This document shows positions 51,251-61,201 of a DNA stretch of 64,000 nt, piece by piece. The DNA is from a virus (Duplodnaviria > Caudoviricetes), in IMG/VR virus record IMGVR_UViG_3300020388_000010; one strand, given 5' to 3'. The notes under the pieces are model-generated. The model made no database searches. It had not been told where the DNA came from and saw only the letters and a program-made list of their open reading frames with translations. Made by a program: the position numbers and the translations under genes. The number at the start of each line of letters is the position of its first letter. Position 1 is the first letter of the stretch.

Positions 51251-51841
51251 ATGACAGATTTAAACGCACTCACACGACAACCAGAAGAGATAGACTATTC
51301 TGCACCGAGTCAGTATAGATTCTCTATTATACAATTACCTAAAGTACAATTCTTTACTACTGCGTGTAATGTACCAGGCGTTAATATGGGTGATGCAATA
51401 TTTCCTACACCTTTTAAAGATATTCCAGTTTTACCAGATAAGGTAACATTTGAAAATCTTGAAATAACTTTTTTAGTAGATGAAAAATTACAGAATTATC
51501 AAGAACTTTTTAACTGGATTATGGCGATTGGATTCCCAGAAGATAGAGCTCAGTTCAAAAGTTTTAGACAAGAAAATGTAGACCAATTTCCTACATCTCA
51601 ATCAAAGATAAATGCACCATCAGATTCACCTAAACCTAGAACACCAGACGGTGCAATGTATTCAGATGCAACATTAACAATACTATCTAATAAGAATAAC
51701 CCAATATTAAATGTTAACTTTTCAAATGTATATCCAGTAACACTTTCTGCATTACAGTATACAAATGACCAAGCAGATACTCAATATATGAGTGCGACTG
51801 CAACCTTTCAATATCAATTATTTAAATTTGAATCGTTGTAA
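51251..51841 (+). CDS. gp3: Tail tube terminator/completion protein
   Basis: P.V.FF, L.ITFLVDE.L.NY.E..NW, SDATL.IL, F....P..LS. Confidence 0.88.
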   Translation: MTDLNALTRQPEEIDYSAPSQYRFSIIQLPKVQFFTTACNVPGVNMGDAIFPTPFKDIPVLPDKVTFENLEITFLVDEKLQNYQELFNWIMAIGFPEDRAQFKSFRQENVDQFPTSQSKINAPSDSPKPRTPDGAMYSDATLTILSNKNNPILNVNFSNVYPVTLSALQYTNDQADTQYMSATATFQYQLFKFESL

Positions 51842-51844
51842 TAC

Positions 51845-51873
51845 TTGACAATCTTTTAATTATGGTATATAAT
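51845..51873 (+). promoter_or_regulatory. Perfect sigma70 promoter TTGACA-N17-TATAAT
   Basis: Exact consensus and spacing, at the switch from late to replication genes. Confidence 0.85.
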
Positions 51874-51878
51874 ATAGT

Positions 51879-52289
51879 ATGGATTTAACAAAAATACAAG
51901 AAATGTTTGACAAAGACTCAAAGATTGATGAAACTAATATCAATCTAGAAGAGACTAGAAGTCCAGCATTATTAAATAAATATTTAAAACTCTACACTAA
52001 TTTTAGACTTATGTTAAGTAAGGCTGAAACTGATATGAAAATATTAAAAAAACAAAAATGGGAATACTATTCTGGTAAAGCAGAGAAACCATTTGAGTTA
52101 AAAATTCTTAGACAAGATATTCCAACATACTTAGAATCAGATGAAGATATGGTTAGACTACAATCTAAACTAGATTATCTTAAAGTTGTTTCTAGTTACT
52201 TGGAACACATAGTAAAAAACTTACACAGTAGAGGGTTTCAATTAAGAAACATAACAACTTGGATTAAATATACGGAGGGTGCATTATGA
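51879..52289 (+). CDS. uvsY: Recombination mediator
   Basis: D.KID, KYL, WEYYSGKA, YL..DED, R.FQ..N...W. Confidence 0.88.
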   Translation: MDLTKIQEMFDKDSKIDETNINLEETRSPALLNKYLKLYTNFRLMLSKAETDMKILKKQKWEYYSGKAEKPFELKILRQDIPTYLESDEDMVRLQSKLDYLKVVSSYLEHIVKNLHSRGFQLRNITTWIKYTEGAL

Positions 52290-53149
52290 GTATATGTGAA
52301 AATAACTACTATTATTTCATAGGTGCATTAAATGACCAACAATGTAATGCAATTATAGAAAGAGGGTTATCTGATATGACTCTCACAGAACAAAAGAATG
52401 GAAAGCAAGCAACTGATGCTACTACTTTTGATTTTAGACAAAAGGGTGGTGAAACATCTAACGCTGGTAATATTGCACAAAATCATTTGACTGCACAAGG
52501 TAGAAGACAAAAAGGTATTAAAGAAGAAGATGTTTATGTTAGAGATACTAAAGTTGGGTGGTTAGCAGATAAATGGATATATGATTTAATACACCCATTT
52601 ATACGAGAAGCAAATCAAAAAGCAAACTGGAATTTTGAGTGGGATTTTTCTGAAACTTGTCAGTTTACAGTTTACAATCCAGGCCAGTTTTATTCTTGGC
52701 ATACTGATGGTGGTTCAAGACCATACATACCATTTGACCCAACAGTAGAAGAACAAAGAAGAAAAGATAATGATGGAAATTATATAGTTGCAAAAGATGA
52801 TACTGGTAAAGAAGTAAAGTTTGATAAAACATATAGGGGTGGTAAATTTGAAGGATTGCCAAGATATATTCCAGCGCCTGGTTTTGTAGATAATCCAAAT
52901 CAATTCTGGAAGACAAGAAAATTATCCGTAACGGTAAATTTAACCAATCCAAAAAATTACAAAGGTGGTAATCTTAAATTTGATTTAGGGCCTCATATGG
53001 GTAGTAAAAGATATCACACTTGTACGGAAATAAGACCAAGAGGTTCTATCATAGTATTTCCATCATTCATACACCACTTGGTCACTCCAGTTACTGAGGG
53101 AACTAGATACTCTTTAGTAGTATGGAATTTAGGAAAGATGTTTAAATGA
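52286..53149 (+). CDS. 2OG-Fe(II) oxygenase (PKHD-like) with long inserts
   Basis: QFT.Y..GQFY.WH.D, RKLSVT, FPSFI.H.VTPVT.GTRYSLV.W..G. Confidence 0.88.
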   Translation: MSICENNYYYFIGALNDQQCNAIIERGLSDMTLTEQKNGKQATDATTFDFRQKGGETSNAGNIAQNHLTAQGRRQKGIKEEDVYVRDTKVGWLADKWIYDLIHPFIREANQKANWNFEWDFSETCQFTVYNPGQFYSWHTDGGSRPYIPFDPTVEEQRRKDNDGNYIVAKDDTGKEVKFDKTYRGGKFEGLPRYIPAPGFVDNPNQFWKTRKLSVTVNLTNPKNYKGGNLKFDLGPHMGSKRYHTCTEIRPRGSIIVFPSFIHHLVTPVTEGTRYSLVVWNLGKMFK

Positions 53150-53880
53150 TTGATACTGTAAAATTTTTTAAAGAAAAAAAGTATGTTCTTATAAAAGAAA
53201 TGATACCTAAAGATATTGCAAAAGTAGGGGCACAATATTCACATTACGATAAAGCAAGACTATTTCAACCAGAAGCAGAAAGTGCTCAGATTCCAGGCAG
53301 TCATAGTGTTTATGGTGACCCACTTATGGAAACACTTTTGAATTTTGGTAGAAAGAAAATAGAACAATCTACTGGTTTAGAATTGTGGCCTACTTATTCT
53401 TATTATAGATTGTACAAAGTAGGTGATGTATTAAAAAGACATAAAGACAGACCATCTTGTGAAGTATCTATTACTTGTTGTTTAGGATATGATTACAAAG
53501 GTAAAGAAGATTATAACTGGGGTATGTTTGTTGGCCCAGAAGATGGTGAAAGAGGTACAAAGGGTAAGATGATTCCTATGGAGCCTGGTGATGGAGTAAT
53601 CTATCGTGGGTGTGAAGTGGAACATTGGAGAGAAGCATTTGATGCACCAGAGGGTGCCTGGCAAACACAAGTATTTTTACATTATGTAAACAAAAATGGG
53701 CCATTTGCTGATTTTTGTAAATTTGATTCTAGACCATCACTTGGTCTTTCACACTCAACGAAAGATAAGGAAAAGATTGCGGCTGCTACAAAGGCAGATG
53801 CAGAACTTTTATCTAAAAAAGATGCTTTTCCAAAATTGAACAAAGAAGAAGTACCTTATGAAAATAGAGAAAAAAAATGA
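53146..53880 (+). CDS. 2OG-Fe(II) oxygenase-like protein
   Basis: PTYSY.R.Y..G..L.RH.DRPSCE.S, GD..IY.GC..EHWRE, QVFLHY. Confidence 0.8.
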   Translation: MIDTVKFFKEKKYVLIKEMIPKDIAKVGAQYSHYDKARLFQPEAESAQIPGSHSVYGDPLMETLLNFGRKKIEQSTGLELWPTYSYYRLYKVGDVLKRHKDRPSCEVSITCCLGYDYKGKEDYNWGMFVGPEDGERGTKGKMIPMEPGDGVIYRGCEVEHWREAFDAPEGAWQTQVFLHYVNKNGPFADFCKFDSRPSLGLSHSTKDKEKIAAATKADAELLSKKDAFPKLNKEEVPYENREKK

Positions 53881-55297
53881 AGTATACATACGAATTGAAA
53901 CCGAACCACATATTGCAAGAGAACTCTCAGAGTATTTTACCTTTGAAGTGCCTGGTGCAAAATTTATGCCCAGTTATAGAAATAAAATATGGGATGGAAA
54001 AATACGATTATTCTCAGTTGCTACTGGACAAATCTATTTGGGATTATTACCATACATCAGAGAGTTCTGCAAACGCAATGACATTAGATACGAATTAGAT
54101 TTTAATACAAAACCAGAAGATATTGATGAATCAACTATTATTTCATTTATTAAACACCTTAAAATACCATACAAAGCTCGTGATTATCAAATTTCTAGTA
54201 TTCTTTATGGTGCCAGAAAATGTCGTGGTCTTTTTGTTTGTCCTACTGCATCTGGTAAATCGTTAATCATTTACGGTCTTACAAGATGGTGTCATTTAAA
54301 AAATCTTAAAACATTGATACTTGTACCTACAACAAGTTTAGTAGAACAGATGTCTAGTGATTTTATAGATTATGGTTGGTTAGAATCATATATTCAAAAA
54401 GTATATTCTGGTCATAGTAAAAAAATAGAAAAAGATGTTGTGATATCTACTTGGCAATCTTTACATAAGTTTCCTAAAAAATATTTTGAACAATTTGGTT
54501 GTGTAATAGGTGATGAGGCTCATTTATTTAAAGCAAAATCACTTACATCTATAATGACTAAATTACATTTATGTAAATATCGTTTTGGACTTACTGGTAC
54601 ACTAGATGATTTACAAACTCATAAATTAGTTTTAGAAGGATTGTTTGGTACAACAAATAAAGTTATAACTACAAAGGAATTGATAGAAAAGAAAACATTA
54701 TCTAATCTTAAAATAAACAGTTTAATTTTAGGATATACTGAAAATGATTGTAAGATTGTAAAAGATTTAAAATATGCAGATGAAATAGATTATATTGTCA
54801 ACGATAAAAGAAGATTGCATTTTGTAAATAAATTAGTTAATCCACTAAAAGGAAATACATTAGTGTTATATCAATTTGTAGAGAAACACGGAAAGCCTTT
54901 ATATGAATTAATGAAGAATACCTACAAAGATAGAAAGGTATTTTTTGTAAGTGGTGGTGTTGATGCATTAACTAGAGAAGAAATTAGAGCTATGACTGAA
55001 AAATCTAAAGATGCAATTATTGTTGCATCATATGGAACTTTCTCTACTGGTATTAATATTAAAAATTTACATAACATAATATTTTCATCACCATCTAAAA
55101 GTAAAATTAGAGTTTTACAATCCATAGGTAGAGGTTTAAGATTAGGTGATAACAAAACTGAATGTAAATTATTTGATATTGCAGATGATTTTACATATAA
55201 AAATAGACAAAACTTCACACTTCGTCATTTTATGGAACGAATAAATATATACAACGAAGAACAATTTGATTATACAATACATAGGATTAACTTATGA
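53858..55297 (+). CDS. uvsW: DNA helicase
   Basis: PTASGKS, DEAH, GLTGT, FSTGINI, QSIGRGLR. Confidence 0.95.
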   Translation: MKIEKKNEVYIRIETEPHIARELSEYFTFEVPGAKFMPSYRNKIWDGKIRLFSVATGQIYLGLLPYIREFCKRNDIRYELDFNTKPEDIDESTIISFIKHLKIPYKARDYQISSILYGARKCRGLFVCPTASGKSLIIYGLTRWCHLKNLKTLILVPTTSLVEQMSSDFIDYGWLESYIQKVYSGHSKKIEKDVVISTWQSLHKFPKKYFEQFGCVIGDEAHLFKAKSLTSIMTKLHLCKYRFGLTGTLDDLQTHKLVLEGLFGTTNKVITTKELIEKKTLSNLKINSLILGYTENDCKIVKDLKYADEIDYIVNDKRRLHFVNKLVNPLKGNTLVLYQFVEKHGKPLYELMKNTYKDRKVFFVSGGVDALTREEIRAMTEKSKDAIIVASYGTFSTGINIKNLHNIIFSSPSKSKIRVLQSIGRGLRLGDNKTECKLFDIADDFTYKNRQNFTLRHFMERINIYNEEQFDYTIHRINL

Positions 55298-55545
55298 TTA
55301 CTAAACCAGAGTATATAAAATTTAAAGAGATGTATGATTATAGAAGAAAGATTGAATACAATAAAGAAAAGATTAAAAAAAGAATAGACAAGATGTACGA
55401 AGAATTTGAATTTAACATTGTAGAAACAAAAGAAGAGGTTTTTGACCACTTTTGGGGAAATGTAAATTTAGATAGAACTAATTTAGATGAGCCTCCAGTT
55501 GAATGGAAACCTCAAAACAGAAAGTTAAGGTTGTGGAATGAGTAG
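55294..55545 (+). CDS. Hypothetical protein
   Basis: Translationally coupled ORF. Confidence 0.6.
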   Translation: MITKPEYIKFKEMYDYRRKIEYNKEKIKKRIDKMYEEFEFNIVETKEEVFDHFWGNVNLDRTNLDEPPVEWKPQNRKLRLWNE

Positions 55546-55981
55546 TTACCGAATAATGAAATTATCTAATGGTGATGAAATCATTTGTAAGTTGCACAAT
55601 GCTGAAAATGGATACTTTAAAATAGGATATCCTATGAAGATGTGTACGGTAAATACTATGGGAAAAGATGGTAAATACGAAGAAAATCTTGCACTTCGTA
55701 AGTGGGCTACATTTACTAAAGATAAAGTATTTGCAATAGAAAAAAACCAAGTCGTTCTACATTATGAAGTAAATATTGGATTATGTAAATATTATGAATA
55801 TATTTTAAAAAGATATAATGATGCTGAACGATATAAAAATAAAGACGGTGATGAATTAAAAGTAAATGAAGATAATATTGAAGTCAAAGAACAGATAACT
55901 ACATTAGAAGAATCCGATATGGAAGAATTAATTGATGAATATCAAAATGTACCTTATGATTATGATGAAACTAAACACTAA
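55538..55981 (+). CDS. Hypothetical protein (KL.NG.EII motif) upstream of gp55
   Basis: N-terminal motif and position typical of T4-like marine phages. Confidence 0.65.
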   Translation: MSSYRIMKLSNGDEIICKLHNAENGYFKIGYPMKMCTVNTMGKDGKYEENLALRKWATFTKDKVFAIEKNQVVLHYEVNIGLCKYYEYILKRYNDAERYKNKDGDELKVNEDNIEVKEQITTLEESDMEELIDEYQNVPYDYDETKH

Positions 55982-56001
55982 TTTCAATCAATACAAGAAT
56001 A

Positions 56002-56029
56002 AGTATAACACCGAAAAATATTTTGTCAA
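56002..56029 (-). promoter_or_regulatory. Candidate antisense sigma70 promoter TTGACA-N16-TATACT with TGn
   Basis: Minus strand reads TTGACAaaatatttttcggTGtTATACT. Confidence 0.45.
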
Positions 56030-56053
56030 TAGGTAATTTATTTTTTTATATGG

Positions 56054-56081
56054 TTGACAATAAAATAAAATATGGTAAAGT
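56054..56081 (+). promoter_or_regulatory. Sigma70-like promoter for gp55 (TTGACA-N16-TAAAGT, TGn extension)
   Basis: Intergenic, about 20 nt before the gp55 start. Confidence 0.6.
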
Positions 56082-56102
56082 AATGAATACAAGGAAATAA
56101 TA

Positions 56103-56648
56103 TTGGCTGCAAAAAAACAACATTATGTTAATAACAAACAATTCTTAGAAGCAATCACAGAGTGGAAAGAAACGGTAAAAGATGCAGAATCTTTAGGGGA
56201 AGAAAGACCACCAGTAACAGATTATATTGGTGAGTGTTTTTTAAAGATTGCACAACATTTATCATTCAGACCTAACTTTATTAATTATTCATATAAAGAA
56301 GAAATGATAGGTGATGGTATTGAAAACTGTTTACAGTATGTAAATAACTTTGACCCAGAGAAGTCAAAGAATCCCTTTTCATATTTTACACAAATAATAT
56401 ATTATGCATTTATTCGTAGAATACAAAAAGAAAAAAAACAAACACATACTAAACATAAAATAATAGAAAAAAGTATGATGGCTACTTTTGACCAAAATCC
56501 ACTTGATGATACAAATTATGGTAATCAGTATATGGATTATTTACAAAAGAATATGTTACCAGCTGATGGTCAAGAGGTTTATAAAACAAGTAGTTCAAAG
56601 AAAAAAGAAACTAAAAAGAGTTTAGAAAACTTTTATGAGGAAAAATAA
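56103..56648 (+). CDS. gp55: Late-transcription sigma factor
   Basis: HYVNN, YIGECFLKIA, RPNFINY, NPFSYFTQI.YYAF.RRI.KEKKQ; TTG start. Confidence 0.95.
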   Translation: MAAKKQHYVNNKQFLEAITEWKETVKDAESLGEERPPVTDYIGECFLKIAQHLSFRPNFINYSYKEEMIGDGIENCLQYVNNFDPEKSKNPFSYFTQIIYYAFIRRIQKEKKQTHTKHKIIEKSMMATFDQNPLDDTNYGNQYMDYLQKNMLPADGQEVYKTSSSKKKETKKSLENFYEEK

Positions 56649-56866
56649 TGTATAAAGTTTATGGCACAACAATATGTCTATATTGCGATAAGGCTGAAAA
56701 CTTATTGAAAACAAAAGATTTACCCTTTGAAAAAATATATATTGACCAAGATGAAGATGCAAAAGATTATATAATAGAACAAGGGTTCAGAACAGTTCCA
56801 CAGATTTGGTTAGATGACAAATGGATAGGTGGATATGATGATTTAGTAAAGTTCTTAAATAAATAA
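56648..56866 (+). CDS. nrdC: Glutaredoxin
   Basis: CLYC, TVPQI, IGGY. Confidence 0.88.
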   Translation: MYKVYGTTICLYCDKAENLLKTKDLPFEKIYIDQDEDAKDYIIEQGFRTVPQIWLDDKWIGGYDDLVKFLNK

Positions 56867-56885
56867 GAAAGTTAAAGGAGATAAA

Positions 56886-57071
56886 ATGTTTAGTTTTATA
56901 ACAAATTTATTTAAACCAAAACCAAAAAAGATTTCAAAGTCAAGACTTATGACTATGACTAAGAGAGAGTTAGAGAATGTAGGTCGTAAACACGGTATTG
57001 AATTAGATAGAAGATATCTAAAAGATGACCTTGTTGAACAACTTTGGAAACATATAAATGGAAAGAAATAA
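56886..57071 (+). CDS. Small helix-extension-helix (Rho-N-like) protein
   Basis: L..MTK.EL....R..GI.LD.R..K..L...L pattern; strong RBS. Confidence 0.6.
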   Translation: MFSFITNLFKPKPKKISKSRLMTMTKRELENVGRKHGIELDRRYLKDDLVEQLWKHINGKK

Positions 57072-57502
57072 TGTATGAATATAAATGTGAAATTGTCAAG
57101 ATTGTGGACGGCGACACTATTGATGTCAATATTGATTTGGGTTTCGGTACTTGGATTCATAATGAACGAATACGCCTCTATGGAATTGACACACCAGAAT
57201 CAAGAACAAGAGACTTGGAAGAAAAGAAAGCTGGTCTGTACGCAAAAAAGTGTGTGGAAGGATTTATGCCAGTGGGTTCAAGTCAAGTCTTAATGACAAA
57301 GAAAGATAAGTCTGGTAAGTTTGGTAGGGTCTTAGGTGACTTTATAATCTATGATGGACAAGAAGATAGAAATATGGGTATCGTTGAGTATATGATAAAA
57401 CACAATATAGGTGTTGAATATAATGGACAATCCAAACAACAGATTCAAGAACATCACTTACAAAATAGACAATATTTAAAATCACAAGGCGTAATAGATT
57501 AG
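57071..57502 (+). CDS. Thermonuclease (SNase)-like protein
   Basis: VDGDT.D..IDLGF, R.RLYGIDTPESR, GKFGR.LG. Confidence 0.85.
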   Translation: MYEYKCEIVKIVDGDTIDVNIDLGFGTWIHNERIRLYGIDTPESRTRDLEEKKAGLYAKKCVEGFMPVGSSQVLMTKKDKSGKFGRVLGDFIIYDGQEDRNMGIVEYMIKHNIGVEYNGQSKQQIQEHHLQNRQYLKSQGVID

Positions 57503-57505
57503 ATT

Positions 57506-58573
57506 ATGAAGATAGCTTTAGTAACCGACACCCATTTCGGTGCTCGGAATGACCACGACCATTTCAACACATATTTTTACAAATTCTATGAGGATATATT
57601 CTTTCCTTATCTTAAAGAACATAATATAAAAGATTGTATTCATTTAGGTGATGTAATGGATAGAAGAAAATTTGTGTCATATAAAACTGCAAAAGATTTC
57701 AGAGAACAGTTTTGTGAAAGTTTTGTGACAAATGACATAAATGTGCATATGATAGTGGGCAATCACGATACATACTTTAAGAATACTAATGAAGTAAATT
57801 CACTTGATGAATTGATTGGTAGTCGTTATGAGAACATAAAGATATATTCGGAAGCAGAAACTGTTGAGTTTGATATACCTATATTTTTTCTGCCTTGGAT
57901 TAATTCAACAAACTATAATAAAACACTTGAGAAAATGCAAAAGACAAAAGCTACAGTTGCAATGGGTCACCTTGAAATAAAAGGATTTGAAATGCATCAC
58001 GGTTTTCCAAGTGAAACTGGTATGGATAAATCAGAGTTTAATAGATTTGATATGGTAATGTCTGGACACTTTCATAAAAAATCAGATGATGGACATATAT
58101 TTTACTTAGGAACACCCTATCAAATATATTGGAATGATGATAAATGTCCAAAAGGATTTCATATATTTGATACAGAAACAAGAGAATTAGAAAGAATTGT
58201 AAACCCATACAAAATATTTAAAAAAGTTTATTATGATGATTCTAATGGTCAAGACTATAATTTCAATCAAATAAAAGATTTAGAGGACAAATATGTCAAA
58301 CTAATAGTTGTAAATAAAAAAGACTTATATATGTTTGATAAGTTTGTAGACCAAGTTTTAACAGAATCAAAAGCACACGATGTTAAAATTATAGAGGACT
58401 TTTCAGACTTGAAAGCTGAGAATGTAAAAAATGAAATTATAGAAAATGCACAAGATACAATAACCTTATTGGATTCTTATGTTGAAGAAATAGATGTGAA
58501 TAACTTAGATAAAAATAGACTCAAAACAATGTTAAAAGGATTGTATGTTGAGGCTAGTAATATGGAAATTTAG
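57506..58573 (+). CDS. gp47: Recombination endonuclease subunit (Mre11/SbcD-like)
   Basis: DTHFG, HLGD..D, GNHD, GHLE, SGHFH. Confidence 0.95.
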   Translation: MKIALVTDTHFGARNDHDHFNTYFYKFYEDIFFPYLKEHNIKDCIHLGDVMDRRKFVSYKTAKDFREQFCESFVTNDINVHMIVGNHDTYFKNTNEVNSLDELIGSRYENIKIYSEAETVEFDIPIFFLPWINSTNYNKTLEKMQKTKATVAMGHLEIKGFEMHHGFPSETGMDKSEFNRFDMVMSGHFHKKSDDGHIFYLGTPYQIYWNDDKCPKGFHIFDTETRELERIVNPYKIFKKVYYDDSNGQDYNFNQIKDLEDKYVKLIVVNKKDLYMFDKFVDQVLTESKAHDVKIIEDFSDLKAENVKNEIIENAQDTITLLDSYVEEIDVNNLDKNRLKTMLKGLYVEASNMEI

Positions 58574-58582
58574 GAGTAAATA

Positions 58583-59119
58583 ATGGTTGATATAGTTCCG
58601 AATGTTGTTTTTAAAACAAGAGTAAAAGATAATGATTGCACGGATTGTCCAAACCCATATAAGTGGGAAGATAAATCTACTGATGATTATTTTAGTGGTA
58701 AGAAAGTTGTTTTGTTTTCTTTGCCTGGTGCATTTACACCAACTTGTTCAACATATCAATTACCAGATTTTGAAGCTATGTATTCACAGTTTAAAGAAGA
58801 AGGAATAGATGACATTTATTGTATGTCTTGTAATGATGCATTTGTAATGAACAAATGGGCAGAACAACATAGTTTAGAAAATGTTAAAGTTATACCAGAT
58901 GGTAATGGAGATTTTACTTCTGGAATGGGTATGTTAGTTAAAAAAGAAAATTTAGGTTTTGGTGATAGGTCGTGGAGATATGCGGCTATAATAAATGATA
59001 AAAACATTGAACATCTTTTTATTGAACCAAACAAAAAAGATAATGCAGATGATGACCCATATGGTGAAACCTCACCACAAAATATACTTCAGTATATTAA
59101 AAGTAATAAAGGAAAGTAA
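58583..59119 (+). CDS. Peroxiredoxin (Prx5-like)
   Basis: LPGAFTPTCS, ND.FVM..W, DGNG.FT, LGFG.RSWRY. Confidence 0.92.
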   Translation: MVDIVPNVVFKTRVKDNDCTDCPNPYKWEDKSTDDYFSGKKVVLFSLPGAFTPTCSTYQLPDFEAMYSQFKEEGIDDIYCMSCNDAFVMNKWAEQHSLENVKVIPDGNGDFTSGMGMLVKKENLGFGDRSWRYAAIINDKNIEHLFIEPNKKDNADDDPYGETSPQNILQYIKSNKGK

Positions 59120-59120
59120 A

Positions 59121-60092
59121 ATGAGAAACTTCTTATTTGTATTTACATTATTATTTGCAACAACTTTGTTTGCACGAGATCAAATTAAAATAGTAGGTAG
59201 TTCTACTGTATATCCATTTGCAACAACTGTTGCAGAACGATTTGGTAAGTCTAGTGGATTTAAAACACCAGTAGTTGAGTCAACTGGTTCTGGTGGTGGA
59301 TTAAAACTTTTTTGTGCTGGTATGGGAACACAACACCCAGACATAACAAATGCATCAAGAAGAATAAAACAAACAGAAATAGATAATTGTAAAAAGAATG
59401 GTATCAAAGATATTACAGAAGTTAAAATAGGATATGATGGTATTGCGATTGCAAACTCAAAAAAAGGTGTTAACTTTCATTTATCAACAAGAGATTTATA
59501 TCTTGCACTTGCAAAAGATGTACCAGCAGACATTGATGGTAAAACTGTTAAACCTAATCCATATAAAAAATGGATAGAAATAAATCCAACATATCCAGAC
59601 TTACCTATTGCTGTTTATGGCCCACCTCCAACATCTGGTACTAGAGATGCACTTAATGAACTTGGTATTGAAAGGGGTTGTAAAACATATCCAGAGAGAA
59701 AAAAACTTAAAGAAAAAAATAAAGAATTATATAAATCTGAATGTCGTGCAATAAGAACAGATGGTGTATATATAGAAGCTGGTGAGAACGACAATCTAAT
59801 AATTGAAAAATTAATAACAAACCCAGATTCATTAGGTATATTTGGTTATTCTTTTTTAGATGAGAATAGAGATAAAGTAAAGGCTGCAACAATTAATGGT
59901 GTTAGTCCAGAGTTTGAATTAATTAGTAATGGTACATATCCTATTTCTAGGTCATTATGGTTTTATGTAAAAGATGCACACGCAGCTGTAATTCCAGGCA
60001 TTAGAGAATATACAAAAGAATTTACATCTGATAGAGCAATAGGTGATGACGGATATTTGATAGGTAAAGGACTCATACCACTTAATGATTAA
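59121..60092 (+). CDS. pstS: Phosphate ABC transporter substrate-binding protein
   Basis: Signal peptide, then GSSTVYP, STGSGGG, NASR, GPPPTSGTRD, YPISR; start reassigned to 59121. Confidence 0.92.
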   Translation: MRNFLFVFTLLFATTLFARDQIKIVGSSTVYPFATTVAERFGKSSGFKTPVVESTGSGGGLKLFCAGMGTQHPDITNASRRIKQTEIDNCKKNGIKDITEVKIGYDGIAIANSKKGVNFHLSTRDLYLALAKDVPADIDGKTVKPNPYKKWIEINPTYPDLPIAVYGPPPTSGTRDALNELGIERGCKTYPERKKLKEKNKELYKSECRAIRTDGVYIEAGENDNLIIEKLITNPDSLGIFGYSFLDENRDKVKAATINGVSPEFELISNGTYPISRSLWFYVKDAHAAVIPGIREYTKEFTSDRAIGDDGYLIGKGLIPLND

Positions 60093-60582
60093 ATTTAGTG
60101 AAATAAAAGATATACACCCAGAGGGTTCTATTTGGTTAGGTGAAAATCGTAATAAAAATGATAAAACTCTTTTGCATAATCAAGCATTATCTTTTCACGA
60201 GAATTTTCTTGATGTTGCAAAAGATGTTTTTACAGAAGACAAAAGATTTGCAGATGTAACCGAACACGATTGGATGCAACCACTATTTGATAAACTAATG
60301 AAATTATTAGAAGATGTTGGATTTGGTAAATATTATGTTGTACAAGCAGATTTAAACAAGGCTACAGATGTTCCATCACATTATCGTATGTTATATATAC
60401 CTTGTTGTTCTCCAGATTGTATTGACTTAGATATTCAAACTGGTGAAAAAGGTATTTTTAAACTACCACTCAAAGAGGGAAGTTTTATAGTAATGCCTCC
60501 CAATTCTGGTATTAGAATTATTGCACCACCAGGCAAAATGTTTTTATCTTTGATTATGGGTATTTGTAAAGATGAGGATTGA
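60085..60582 (+). CDS. Hypothetical protein, possibly a degenerate cupin/2OG fold
   Basis: EGSFIVMPP resembles the oxygenase EG...FPS segment; metal ligands not evident. Confidence 0.5.
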   Translation: MIKFSEIKDIHPEGSIWLGENRNKNDKTLLHNQALSFHENFLDVAKDVFTEDKRFADVTEHDWMQPLFDKLMKLLEDVGFGKYYVVQADLNKATDVPSHYRMLYIPCCSPDCIDLDIQTGEKGIFKLPLKEGSFIVMPPNSGIRIIAPPGKMFLSLIMGICKDED

Positions 60583-61201
60583 CAGCATACCATTGTTCCC
60601 AACAATGATTTACAAATTTCATATTGACCCAAACTTATATAATAAACAAAGTATAATTGATATTGTAGAAAAGAATTACCAAAAAAATAGTTATAGAAAT
60701 AAGTTTGATAGTAATAGTGACATACATCATTCATATGCTGATTTTGACAATGATGATTACGATAAACCAGTTTTAGATAAACTAACAGATGTTTACAATA
60801 ATACATTTACTGAATTTACTAAACAACTAAAATTTAAAAGGTTTGAATATAGTTTAGATAATATTGTTGCAACTAAAGGTTCTCAATATATGGCTCCACA
60901 TAATCATTTACCAGTTGCAGACTATTCTTGTATTCATTATATAAAGTTTAATAAAGATGTTCATAAACCAACCACATTTAGAAATCCTAGTATGTTTGCT
61001 AAAAGTTTACATCATATTAAACCTAAATTTAAACCTAGAATAAATGAAGTAGACTTTTCAATATTTTCTGAAAAACATTTTGTTTTGACAACAGAAGATG
61101 ATATGATAATTATACCATCTTACTTAGAACACCAAGTAGATAAATCATATAATGACGAAATGAGAATAACTATCGTTACAAATTTAATAGTAAATGACTA
61201 A
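60572..61201 (+). CDS. Putative 2OG-Fe(II) oxygenase (TIGR02466-like)
   Basis: LFPT, PHNH, S.IHY, F.NP, IPSYLEH.V, RIT...N. Confidence 0.75.
   Translation: MRIDSIPLFPTMIYKFHIDPNLYNKQSIIDIVEKNYQKNSYRNKFDSNSDIHHSYADFDNDDYDKPVLDKLTDVYNNTFTEFTKQLKFKRFEYSLDNIVATKGSQYMAPHNHLPVADYSCIHYIKFNKDVHKPTTFRNPSMFAKSLHHIKPKFKPRINEVDFSIFSEKHFVLTTEDDMIIIPSYLEHQVDKSYNDEMRITIVTNLIVND

Noticed and set aside
40930-55297. Introns or inteins in gp17, gp18, gp20, gp23 or uvsW
   Set aside because: ORFs are continuous, of ordinary length and lack splice motifs
58995-59120. Upstream-extended starts given by the ORF track (also 882, 13115, 30463, 46986, 51233, 57044)
   Set aside because: They overlap upstream genes or signals; downstream ATGs have an RBS, stop-start coupling or a signal peptide
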